Positions 1-8,718 of a stretch of DNA of 19,392 nt are shown here, piece by piece (position 1 is the stretch's first letter; each line of letters begins with the position of its first letter). The DNA is from Oligoflexales bacterium. GTDB lineage: Bacteria; Bdellovibrionota_B; Oligoflexia; Oligoflexales; Bog-1112. The notes under the pieces are model-generated. The model was not told the origin of the DNA, searched no databases, and saw nothing but the letters and a program-made list of their open reading frames with translations. Both the position numbers and the translations under genes were made by a program. Location of the stretch: positions 1 to 19,392 of the forward strand of contig JBGCDR010000304.1 of the NCBI GenBank assembly GCA_045105515.1, in the 5' to 3' direction.

Positions 1-37
1 TCTCATACCTTTGCTCATAAGTGAGATTGGCAGACAT
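1..37 (-). CDS. Partial IS30-like transposase N-terminus (MSANLTYEQRYE...), runs off the window
   Basis: RBS + ATG. LTxEQRYE matches the 'LTxEERxxI' start of the IS30 transposase HTH. Only 12 codons are visible. Confidence 0.65.
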   Translation of the reverse strand, partial: MSANLTYEQRYE

Positions 38-139
38 AAATACCCCTTTCTTGCAAGCAGATTAGCCTCATAGACTAAACTAAATCCGCCTTCCGAAGCG
101 ATGGAATTTTTTCTTCTGCACTTAATCTAGCAATCCGCC
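1..139 (-). mobile_element. Left end (IRL + transposase 5' end) of a probable IS30-family element, reading outward off the window start
   Basis: Reverse complement of 19254-19392 with one mismatch (23 vs 19370). The minus strand starts GGCGGATTGCTAGATTAAGTGCAG, resembling the GGCG...AAGTGCA ends I recall for IS1086-like IS30 elements. It is followed by an RBS (GAAAGGGG) and an ATG at 37. Confidence 0.8.
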
Positions 140-1226
140 CACTGATAAATAAGTCATCGAGGTTTCTTCCCCCTAACTCAGTTAATTGTAGAGTTCTACC
201 AGGAAAAAATCCATAGTTTTGTAAATAAAAGGGAGAACCATCGAAAATAGGATTTACAAATGAATCAACTATAGCTTGCTTTACTTTAAACCACTTGAGA
301 GCATAAGATAAAGTCTTGCCATCTTTTTTTAGATCGAGACGATAGACCGTGCCAAAAGAACCTGATCCTAAAAGCTCAGAAATATGAAAAATGCTACCAT
401 CATTTAAACTTCCTTTTGAACCTACCTTAATGTCGATATTTTCAAGGGTGGTATCTTTGAGTAAATTTTTGCTTAAGTTTGCTTCAGAAGATTCATACCA
501 TCCTTCTGTTCCAGCTCTTTTTCTTTGGAAATTAGAAGGAACATCCTGGTCAAATGTTTTAGTGGGAATAGGATAGGTATTATGTTCTTTAAAACTAGAC
601 CCTGTTTTTGGCCTAAAAGCTTTCATTGTTAGACTGAAAGCTTGTCTTTGGACCTCAATATTTTTGTGAGCTAAGAAGTCAATAATGTTATTAATTCCTG
701 ACTCTCCAGCTAGCATGTTGTGATTTGCTGCGAATGAAAATACCTTTTTACCTTGATTTAGGCATAATATACCCGAAAAAGTGATGAATTGGTCTTCATT
801 GAGGACTTCTAAAAATGACTCGATCTGTACATAAGGATTTAGGTAAAAAATTTCCTTTTCATTGTCAAAAGCGGAGAAATAACAACCCTGATCAATGTAT
901 TTGTAGGTAATAGAATTAACCATACTTAGATCTGAATTCAATTGGGCTGGAAAAACATCTGCATTTTTCATTTGCCTAATCGATCTGGTATCAAAAGTCG
1001 TAAGACTAAGTGATGAATTGTTGGGGGAAGTTAATTCGTATTTTAGTACCTCCGTGTTAGTAGCCGGTAAAGGGTTGCCACTACTATCATAATCGTAGGT
1101 TCCAAAGATCAAGTTTTGTGGTTTAGTATCAATTTGATCATTTTTAAGACCAAATTTAGTTAGTTCTGCACTGTCGCATGAAACTAGCAATGCGAAGAAC
1201 ATAATTTTTATTAAAATAAAATTCAT
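75..1226 (-). pseudogene. Lipoprotein-signal Hanks-type Ser/Thr kinase, truncated by IS insertion at 139/140
   Basis: RBS AGGAG. N-terminus MNFILIKIMFFALLVSC has a lipobox-like LVSC. Kinase subdomain I (LGSGSFGTVY), II (YALK) and hinge (TELGGRNLDDL) are present; HRD and DFG are absent. The last 20 aa (RIARLSAEEKIPSLRKADLV) are encoded by the IS end. Confidence 0.8.
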
Positions 1227-1290
1227 TTCTTACTCCTATACATTGGTGTCGTAAGCTTACTAAAAAAAATATGGTTTTCTGAGCTGCTAT

Positions 1291-1337
1291 ATTCAAGAAC
1301 TATACCAAAAATAAACTTATAGAAATACAACAGCTTA
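1291..1337 (-). promoter_or_regulatory. Possible sigma54 (-24/-12) promoter with an IHF-like site for the kinase gene
   Basis: The minus strand reads TTTTGGTATAGTTCTTGAAT (GG-N10-GA, a variant of GG-N10-GC), about 65 bp above the ATG. ATACAACAGCTTA at 1325-1337 partly matches the IHF consensus WATCAANNNNTTR. Confidence 0.35.
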
Positions 1338-1475
1338 TATATATAAAAAATGGCTATATACTATACAGTGTAAAAATATAATGCGATATTTCGGGTGTTA
1401 ATTGATATTAGAACCCTGAAATTTAAGAGAAATTTTAAGTTGATTTTTTATTTTGATTTTTCGAGTAAAAAACAC

Positions 1476-1495
1476 GGAGCCTAGGCTCTTTTTTT
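1476..1495 (+). terminator. Short hairpin plus U-tract (possible weak intrinsic terminator or palindromic binding site)
   Basis: GAGCCTAGGCTC is a perfect 12-bp palindrome (1477-1488), followed by T7 and preceded nearby by an A6 run. Confidence 0.3.
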
Positions 1496-1550
1496 GTTCA
1501 CAGCAAATAGTCATAATTCGATCTTGTGACAGATCTTTGAAGGAGAAAAA

Positions 1551-1643
1551 TTGTCAAAAGCGAGACCTAGACCTAACCTTAAAACCTACCAAATATTGAC
1601 CCAGAAAGATCAGAACGTTGGGTTCTTTTCTGCTAATGATTAA
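1551..1643 (+). CDS. Possible small ORF or gene remnant (30 aa, MSKARPRPNLKTYQILTQKDQNVGFFSAND)
   Basis: Strong RBS GAAGGAG lies 5 nt before the TTG at 1551; stop TAA at 1641-1643. No recognised homology. Confidence 0.2.
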   Translation: MSKARPRPNLKTYQILTQKDQNVGFFSAND

Positions 1644-2063
1644 CACCTCAAGAAGGCAAATGCCTCTCTAGTTCGATTGACTTATTAGCGAACTTAATTC
1701 TGTTATCAGTATTAAAAAATAAATATGAGAACTCCTTGGGAAAAGCGATTCCTGATGACTCCAGTATAAATTAGTTCGGCAATTGTTCGCAGGAAATTGC
1801 AAGAATATTCATGATTGTGTTCGCTAGTTTTCGTGTAGCTTGAATCAAGGTGATCAGACATCATTTTGGTATAAAAAGAAGAGAAATATTCTAAATTTTT
1901 GAAAATAATCTTTCATAAATTTAATCAAATGAGCCATTTAATTTAATCCTATATAAACTTCTAAAAAAAGTGATCGCACAACAAACTATTTTGTAATTCG
2001 AGATTCATCTAATACTATTAAGATGATTTTATATGTTCAATTAACCAAAAAACGTGGTCTGTT

Positions 2064-4052
2064 ATGGGTAAACGATTATTTGTAGCATTCTTTTATTTCC
2101 TAGTGGTTATACGTTCTTCTAACGGACGTTCAGAAAATTTTGACAGAGATTTCCTGGTAAGAAAAGCAGCTATTACTTGGATCAAAGCAAGTGAATTGGA
2201 AGATGTAAACGAAAGGTTACTTGCCTGCCGGCAAAATATTACCGAATTTTTGCCAATTTTAGAATGGATCCTTGATGGAGAAAAAATAGCAGATATCTTT
2301 ATGGGGTCATCGTTGAGTTTCTTTATACCAGAAGAAACCATGGTAAAAATGAGCCAGATAGATAAGTTTGTGGAGCAATCTAAGATAATCCGAAAACCGA
2401 TGCTTAACATATTAAACTCAGTGAGTCCGCGGCTACACAAGCGAATTTTAATGAGTTCAAAATGGATGTTTTTCAAGATACTAAAATCGTATCTTCCAAC
2501 TCGTTGTGAAGAATTGTTAGTCGGAATTAAAGCTAACATTACAAAGGCGAAATTTTCCGATACTGATTTCATTCATCTCTTAAAGAGTGAAGAAACCGGT
2601 ATTAGCTTTGATGGCGTTCCTGATAAAATCCGTGCTTATTTAAAAATGGTTTTAGAAGATTATTTTGATCATTTGGGTTTTGCTGAAAAATCAAGAATTA
2701 TTCGATCTCTGCTCAATCTTCCAGCAATGGCCACAACAAGCGAGCAACTAGCAAGTGTCTTAATGAGGAGTGGCCCTATTTTGCAGAAGTCATTCCAACT
2801 TTTTGGAACCGATGTCAAAGATCCTTTACTACTTGAAGTGATGGGGAAACTGCGTTCCGAGATAAAACCTTTTTCTGTAAAAAAAGTTGAGCATATTTTG
2901 AAGCAGGAATTAGGAGGAGAGATTAGTGATTTCTTCCAAGATTTTGACAAGAGTCCAATTGCTGCAGCAACAATCGGCCAGGTACATACGGGAACCTTAC
3001 TTTCCGGGGATTCCGTGGTCATAAAAATAAAACGACCAGGAATTGAAAAAAAAGTAGCATCAGAATTACAGCTTCTTAGGTCATTAACTGAAGATCCAGC
3101 AATTATCAGCTTTGTAGATGAACTAGAAAAAATAATGATAAAGGAGTTAGACTTCCTTCTTGAAAAAGAACATTTGTGGAAAGCTAAGCAAATCTACAGC
3201 AAAACTGCTTCCAACAAGATTAAGATTGTATCTCCATTGGGCCTATTAGACGATAGTAATAATGTAATTGTTATGGAAAAAGCAAAAGGCAATGCGATAT
3301 TCGCCACACAATCGGGATTTACAGAGCAGCTAAAAGCCGACGCTCTTTTGTTCCTGCTGGAAGAATGGTTTGAGGAAGCACTATTCGGTAGCGGTTTTTT
3401 TCATGCTGACCTGCATGGGGGAAATATTTTTCTGCAGGCTTCATCATCTCTGCGACGAATACCTCTAGTCGATTCTGATTTTTCAATTAATGACTATCAT
3501 GAAAGTGAGATTCCAGAATATAAATTGTGGCTTATAGATTTTGGGAGCGTAGGAATCCTTTCTCAGGAAATGGCAAGTTCACTACTTAAGCTTATTGTAG
3601 GTTTATCCTTCAGATCAAAAGAACTGATTTTGAGTGCTTTACATTGTCTAATGTCACTAAGTGAAAGCCATGTAGTTGAACTTGATAAATTCCTTGATCT
3701 GCTTTGGACTGAAGGTTTAGATGAGCTAAGTTATTTAGATAGTCTGTTTAATAAGGTTATTGCTATGGACCTAGATTTACCAGATAATATTATACAATTT
3801 TATCGTGGAAAATCCCTAATAGAGAAGCAAATTCACGCATTTGTAGACTCTTTTGATACTAAAAATCATCGAATGAATAGCGTAAAATTAAGATATGAAC
3901 CAGAAACTATCTATCACAAGGTTTTACAACGAAATATATTGAGAGAGATTCTTCCTTTCGCTAATTTAAGAACACAGAGCAAGCGTAGTTTAGTAGATAA
4001 AGATAGCCGTAAGATTATTGCAAAATACTACCTTGATTTGATAGCAGACTAG
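2064..4052 (+). CDS. ABC1/UbiB/AarF-family atypical protein kinase with N-terminal signal-like sequence
   Basis: GPILQKSFQ, PIAAATIGQVH, VVIKIKRPG, ELDFLLE, FFHADLHGGNI and LIDFG motifs. Hydrophobic N-terminus MGKRLFVAFFYFLVV. Confidence 0.9.
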   Translation: MGKRLFVAFFYFLVVIRSSNGRSENFDRDFLVRKAAITWIKASELEDVNERLLACRQNITEFLPILEWILDGEKIADIFMGSSLSFFIPEETMVKMSQIDKFVEQSKIIRKPMLNILNSVSPRLHKRILMSSKWMFFKILKSYLPTRCEELLVGIKANITKAKFSDTDFIHLLKSEETGISFDGVPDKIRAYLKMVLEDYFDHLGFAEKSRIIRSLLNLPAMATTSEQLASVLMRSGPILQKSFQLFGTDVKDPLLLEVMGKLRSEIKPFSVKKVEHILKQELGGEISDFFQDFDKSPIAAATIGQVHTGTLLSGDSVVIKIKRPGIEKKVASELQLLRSLTEDPAIISFVDELEKIMIKELDFLLEKEHLWKAKQIYSKTASNKIKIVSPLGLLDDSNNVIVMEKAKGNAIFATQSGFTEQLKADALLFLLEEWFEEALFGSGFFHADLHGGNIFLQASSSLRRIPLVDSDFSINDYHESEIPEYKLWLIDFGSVGILSQEMASSLLKLIVGLSFRSKELILSALHCLMSLSESHVVELDKFLDLLWTEGLDELSYLDSLFNKVIAMDLDLPDNIIQFYRGKSLIEKQIHAFVDSFDTKNHRMNSVKLRYEPETIYHKVLQRNILREILPFANLRTQSKRSLVDKDSRKIIAKYYLDLIAD

Positions 4053-4060
4053 ATGGTCTT

Positions 4061-5017
4061 ATGAAAAAAAAGTATCTATTAGTTGTAGTTCTTAGTTGCT
4101 TACTATCACTCCTTTGTAGGGAGTTTTATAGTCAGGAATATCCTTTTGAAATACAGTGGATCTTAGTTTTTACCTCCATTATCTACTTTCTACCGATAAT
4201 TTTTAGTTTGATTGTAGATAAACAGCTATTTGATAATCTTACGATCTCAAGATCCAAGGTCAGTCTATATATTATGGTTCTTTTGTCACCTTATTTACTA
4301 GCATTTCTAATAAGTGATAAAGCAACAGCAAGCCCAGGTATAAATATCGGTTTTATAGGATTATGGGCTGCATTCGCCCTCTGCGCTCAATTATTCAATA
4401 AAATTCGAGATTGGCTGATATTAGCTTTGATTCTGAGTATCTGGTTTGCCTTTGAGTTGGACCTTTTTGTCTTATGGAATGGGTCCTTGTATTTTTTGAA
4501 TGTGTTATTAGGAATAGATCTGGTAATTATTATTTTTCCGCTTTTTCTTAATTTTAGACCTTTTGTCATACAATTTAAAATAAGCCATTTAAGGACTAAG
4601 TATTTACATTATTATGGTGGAATTTTTCTTATACTAGCGATTCCTTATGGTTTGTTGAGTGGCTTTTTAGAACTAAAGTCAAGTATTGATATCATGCAAA
4701 TTCCAATACAATTTCTTGCTATCTTTTTCTTTAATGCTCTTCCCGAGGAAATTTTATTTAGGGGTTTACTTCAACAACAAGCGCAACGATATATGCACGA
4801 GCACCTAGCTTTATTCCTTGTAAGTATTGCATTCGGATTTGCCCATTTAAATAATTATCCCATGTGGGATTATAGGTTTGTTATTGTCAGTTTTGTTGCT
4901 GGTATATGCTTTGGTGTTGTATATTTACGTACGCGAGCAATCGCTCCAGCAGCACTGCTTCATACCATTATAAATACAACCAATGCCATAGTATTTGATA
5001 AAGTCCCCTTAATTTAG
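4061..5017 (+). CDS. CPBP/Abi (Rce1-like) intramembrane glutamic protease
   Basis: Multi-pass hydrophobic protein with EExxFRG (LPEEILFRG), FxxxH (FGFAH) and HxxxN (HTIIN) motifs. It starts 8 bp after the ABC1 gene, so probably the same operon. Confidence 0.9.
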   Translation: MKKKYLLVVVLSCLLSLLCREFYSQEYPFEIQWILVFTSIIYFLPIIFSLIVDKQLFDNLTISRSKVSLYIMVLLSPYLLAFLISDKATASPGINIGFIGLWAAFALCAQLFNKIRDWLILALILSIWFAFELDLFVLWNGSLYFLNVLLGIDLVIIIFPLFLNFRPFVIQFKISHLRTKYLHYYGGIFLILAIPYGLLSGFLELKSSIDIMQIPIQFLAIFFFNALPEEILFRGLLQQQAQRYMHEHLALFLVSIAFGFAHLNNYPMWDYRFVIVSFVAGICFGVVYLRTRAIAPAALLHTIINTTNAIVFDKVPLI

Positions 5018-5228
5018 ATTGTTGAGAAAACATAATTATATTTTTCTCAAATGAAAAATCTTGTTTGTATTGTAATAATAATCTTCATTATCGACCATAT
5101 CTTAAATGCATGTATATTAAAATGCTAATAATTATGTAATGAAAATGGTGTAAAAATATTTTGTTTTATATAGTTAACTATGATAGAAACCGCTCTGTTA
5201 TAAAAAAATATTTTCGTGAAAGGTAGGT

Positions 5229-7145
5229 GTGAAAATGTTTAGATTTTTCATGATTGCAGTAATATTTTATTCAATACCCCTTTGCGTTAAAGCAGAAAAC
5301 CCAAAAGAACAGGGTCACCAGGAACTTAATCAAGAAAATTATGCCGGTAAAAAAAATAAAAAGCGTCACTACAAAAAATTTAAGCGTAACGCATATATTA
5401 GTGGGTTTTTTACGGTTTCATCTTTAGTGAGTTTAGTTGGAGTAATCACCAGCAAAGCACTCTCAGATGTTTCTGTTCATACGATTGCAAGTAAAGAACC
5501 AATATTAGTTGATAAAATAAATGAACATACATTTATAGAGTATGAAGATCTTCTTCATAACTATGATCACTATTATAATCGACTTAGCTCAACATGTAAG
5601 TATCTTGATGCCGGCCTTGATGATTTATTACAAAAGTATAAGGGGGTAGATGATATTGAAGTCGATGCGAGAATATTTCGTGATACCCTTCTTAATAAAA
5701 AATGTGGCATGTTCATTCCTGAAAAAACTCAGATAGATCTTCCTAATATATCATACTCAACGAGTGATATTCATGCTCATCTTGATAGTTTTGCAATTCA
5801 AGTGATTGCTCTGTCAGCTGTTGCAATAGTATCAGGTGCTTTTCTGAGCCATTATGCCTGTAAAGCTTGTGAGCAAGCGAAGAATGTAGAACAAGGGCAA
5901 GAAAATAATAGAGATAGAAGAATTGAAGCAGAATTCGCTGGTGATGAGCCTGAGCTTCGTCCAGGTAGAAAAAAATCAGTCGCCTGTAATGCGAAAATGA
6001 GCAAAAATCATTTACTTTCTATAGCTCTTTGTGGGGTTTTTGCCTGTACAAGCGATTGTATGAAAAATTCTCTTCATCCCTTTAAACTAGAGAATTTAGT
6101 TAATACCGATGCATTTGGCCAAAATGATGAGGGAAACATATTCGCATATTTTAATCAAACTCATACGCGATTGTGGAATGATCTTTTAAAGTTCACTGAA
6201 ACTATGCAGCAAATGGATAGTAAAATAGCCGAGATCGAGGAGGTATTTGACCAAGATCAATTGGGCTTTGGAATGGTCATCGCTTCTGATACCCAGCTAC
6301 CTTGGGGAAGAAAAGATGATAATAATGTTACCGATCAGGAGTGGATCGAATCTGGAATCGAAACCAATCGCTATCATGCATCTAGCATGAATAAGTTGCA
6401 AATATTAGGGAAGGACTTTAGTAAGGTTCAAGCGGTTATAATCAATGGCGATTTAACAGCATATGCTCACCCTTGGCAGTGGGTGCTTTATAAAAGAATT
6501 TATGACAGCAGTGCAAAAGATAGCTATCCAGAGGTTTTGCGAATGCCGGTATACCCAGGTCTAGGCAACCATGATTATCAAAACAATGTAGATTCTTGTT
6601 GGGGGCCCTGGTACTCAGTACTCATCGATCAAAATAATTGGTGCGCAAAAAATTCAATTTATAAATTGAAGCGTGACCTTGCAAAGACAAATATCTCTAA
6701 TTTCGATGAAGGCAGCTTATCTTACTCATGGAATGTCGATCATATACATTTCGTACAATTACATAATTTCCCGAATTATAACTCAAGTAAGATACATATT
6801 GAAGATTCCTTGGCATGGTTGGATGAAGATCTAAAAAGAGCTGAATCTGAGAGAAGGCTGACCGTTCTTAATTTCCATATAAAGAAAATTACTCCTGAAT
6901 TGAAGAAGATTCTCAAGAAATACGAAATATTGGGATTGTTCGTTGGTCACTATCATAGCTTGGTCGGAAAGAAGTCTAAAATTAAATCAGCAAAAGGAGA
7001 TAGTCCAGTTTATTACTCAGGATCTGCAAGTTATAATCTTTTCAACTACGTTTATTTTACTGCTCATAAAATGGTGGTCTATTCAGTGGACTCAAGCAGT
7101 GGAAAGCCGGTAATCCGCGAGAGATATACCCAAGCCTTTAATTAG
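5229..7145 (+). CDS. Calcineurin-like metallophosphoesterase (C-terminal) with signal peptide and membrane-spanning N-terminal region
   Basis: Motifs ASDTQ, INGDLT, GLGNHD, LNFH and FVGHYH. GTG start (or ATG two codons later) with RBS AAGGTAGGT. Hydrophobic segments GFFTVSSLVSLVGVI and IQVIALSAVAIVSGAFL. Confidence 0.85.
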   Translation: MKMFRFFMIAVIFYSIPLCVKAENPKEQGHQELNQENYAGKKNKKRHYKKFKRNAYISGFFTVSSLVSLVGVITSKALSDVSVHTIASKEPILVDKINEHTFIEYEDLLHNYDHYYNRLSSTCKYLDAGLDDLLQKYKGVDDIEVDARIFRDTLLNKKCGMFIPEKTQIDLPNISYSTSDIHAHLDSFAIQVIALSAVAIVSGAFLSHYACKACEQAKNVEQGQENNRDRRIEAEFAGDEPELRPGRKKSVACNAKMSKNHLLSIALCGVFACTSDCMKNSLHPFKLENLVNTDAFGQNDEGNIFAYFNQTHTRLWNDLLKFTETMQQMDSKIAEIEEVFDQDQLGFGMVIASDTQLPWGRKDDNNVTDQEWIESGIETNRYHASSMNKLQILGKDFSKVQAVIINGDLTAYAHPWQWVLYKRIYDSSAKDSYPEVLRMPVYPGLGNHDYQNNVDSCWGPWYSVLIDQNNWCAKNSIYKLKRDLAKTNISNFDEGSLSYSWNVDHIHFVQLHNFPNYNSSKIHIEDSLAWLDEDLKRAESERRLTVLNFHIKKITPELKKILKKYEILGLFVGHYHSLVGKKSKIKSAKGDSPVYYSGSASYNLFNYVYFTAHKMVVYSVDSSSGKPVIRERYTQAFN

Positions 7146-7366
7146 AAGGTCTATCGGAAGGGGTTTCAGAGCGATAAGAACGCCCTCAACATAGGGTGAG
7201 TTGCTACAAGTTATATTAAAGTTTGAAATTGTTGGGACTGAAACTAAAAACTACAGTGATGCTAGTATTTCAGAGATTGCCTTGGTCTTAAATTGTCCAT
7301 AACGAACCATAGGCGCTAATTTTAAGATGGTTATTTGCCAAGATTGGATTCTGTAAATAAACTTGG

Positions 7367-8386
7367 CTAACTAGTTAAAATACTTTCAATCAAGGCAGAA
7401 ATATCAAAAGCAGCAAAATTAATTTTATTGACAAAGTCTTGAAGTTTTGTACGATCTTGTAAGCTCTTTCCATGCTGTTCTTTTAAGCGAATAAATTCTG
7501 AAAATGTGAATATTTTCGGTTGAGATTTTTTGCCTTGCTCTACTGTGAAAAGGGATTCAAGGTAATGCAGAATTTGGTCTTTTCGGTTTTTTTCATAAGT
7601 GACTCTAATAGCGAAAGTAGCTGTTGCAACACAAAGATGATTTAGCTCTGTTCTAGGCAGCCGTTCAAGAGAATCATTCATGTTCAACATGAAATTTTTA
7701 TTAAGAATTTTGAACTGACCATTATTAGATAGTTGATTGTTCATCAGCTCCAACATATTTTTTAAATTATCTTCTCCATCGAAATTTAAGCCAAGAACTT
7801 CTTCCCCGAATTCTCTTATGGCTGCCTGAGCAAAAATAAGTTTTGAATCTTCGGTTTGTTTATTGGAATCCATTGGGTCTACAGCACCACCTGCATCTTT
7901 GATAACCGTTTTATCTTTTTTTGCACCATTTCCCTTCTTAAACTCTTCAAGTCCGATAAAATATAGTTCTCCGTTTCCAAAATCAAAAATATACTCAAAA
8001 GAACTATTTAAGAATTTTCCTTTATACACTAGCTGAGGTTTGTCTTCTTTGGAAATTTTAAAATCATCGCTTACTAATTCTAGAGTGGTTTGTTCATAGT
8101 TACCATCTTCAAGATCAAATTCTGATTCTCCTTGTTCGTTAATAAAAAATCCTGGAATAGTTTCTTCGTTAATTTTATGTGTTTCTATAAAGAAAATTCG
8201 ATCCAAGGTACTGGGACCTGAGATCTCATTTATATTTTTTACAAAATTTTTGGCAAGCTCTACAGTAGTTTTGTGTGCATTTGGCACACCATGTTTCATT
8301 AGTCTATTTAACGCTGAATGCGGGGTTTTTGATAGAGCATTTGAAGATAATATTATAAAAAAACTTAGACCTAAAAATAGTCTCAT
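7367..8386 (-). CDS. Signal-peptide protein with divergent Nudix hydrolase box
   Basis: RBS AAGGAG. Signal MRLFLGLSFFIILSSNALS. DAGGAVDPMD-x17-REFGEEVLG resembles GX5EX7REUXEEXGU with an insertion. Confidence 0.65.
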   Translation of the reverse strand: MRLFLGLSFFIILSSNALSKTPHSALNRLMKHGVPNAHKTTVELAKNFVKNINEISGPSTLDRIFFIETHKINEETIPGFFINEQGESEFDLEDGNYEQTTLELVSDDFKISKEDKPQLVYKGKFLNSSFEYIFDFGNGELYFIGLEEFKKGNGAKKDKTVIKDAGGAVDPMDSNKQTEDSKLIFAQAAIREFGEEVLGLNFDGEDNLKNMLELMNNQLSNNGQFKILNKNFMLNMNDSLERLPRTELNHLCVATATFAIRVTYEKNRKDQILHYLESLFTVEQGKKSQPKIFTFSEFIRLKEQHGKSLQDRTKLQDFVNKINFAAFDISALIESILTS

Positions 8387-8718
8387 AGCTCTTCTCCTTA
8401 GAAAATATTAGGGTTGGACATCGACGTCGTATAATTTACTAAAGAGGCTGCGTAAATTTGTATCACCCTTGGGGGGTATTTGGAGGCTAGAACAGCAATA
8501 AAAGGTTCTATTGTTCAGCATAGAATGAAAATTGCTTATACCGGGTATATGGGGACAAAATAAGCTACTGGTAAGTTATATGTATATAAAGACTTATCAA
8601 GCAGATTAAGAAAATTTGATTAGTCGACTTAACGTTTGCCCTATTTAAGGTTTAATATAGTTGTTTTTTTCAATATAATTTATGTGTTGTCGAAATTTAT
8701 CCACAACTCAGAGGTGTT

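Noticed and set aside
1..139. Terminal inverted repeats of a linear plasmid, phage or Polinton-like element
   Set aside because: The repeats contain an outward-reading transposase-like start and interrupt genes mid-frame. No replication, terminal-protein or capsid genes are present.
2064..4052. Naming the gene ubiB
   Set aside because: The family match is clear, but the signal-like N-terminus, the extension and the lack of ubi context argue against orthology.
391..4569. Short alternative ORFs 391-576, 2093-2572, 2669-3022 and 4387-4569
   Set aside because: They are antisense shadows inside well-supported genes and have no motifs.
5170..5181. Palindrome ATAGTTAACTAT upstream of the phosphoesterase
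   Set aside because: Single AT-rich occurrence that could arise by chance.
7146..7366. Possible terminator or ncRNA between convergent genes
   Set aside because: I found no convincing GC-rich stem with U-tract and no recognisable RNA motif.
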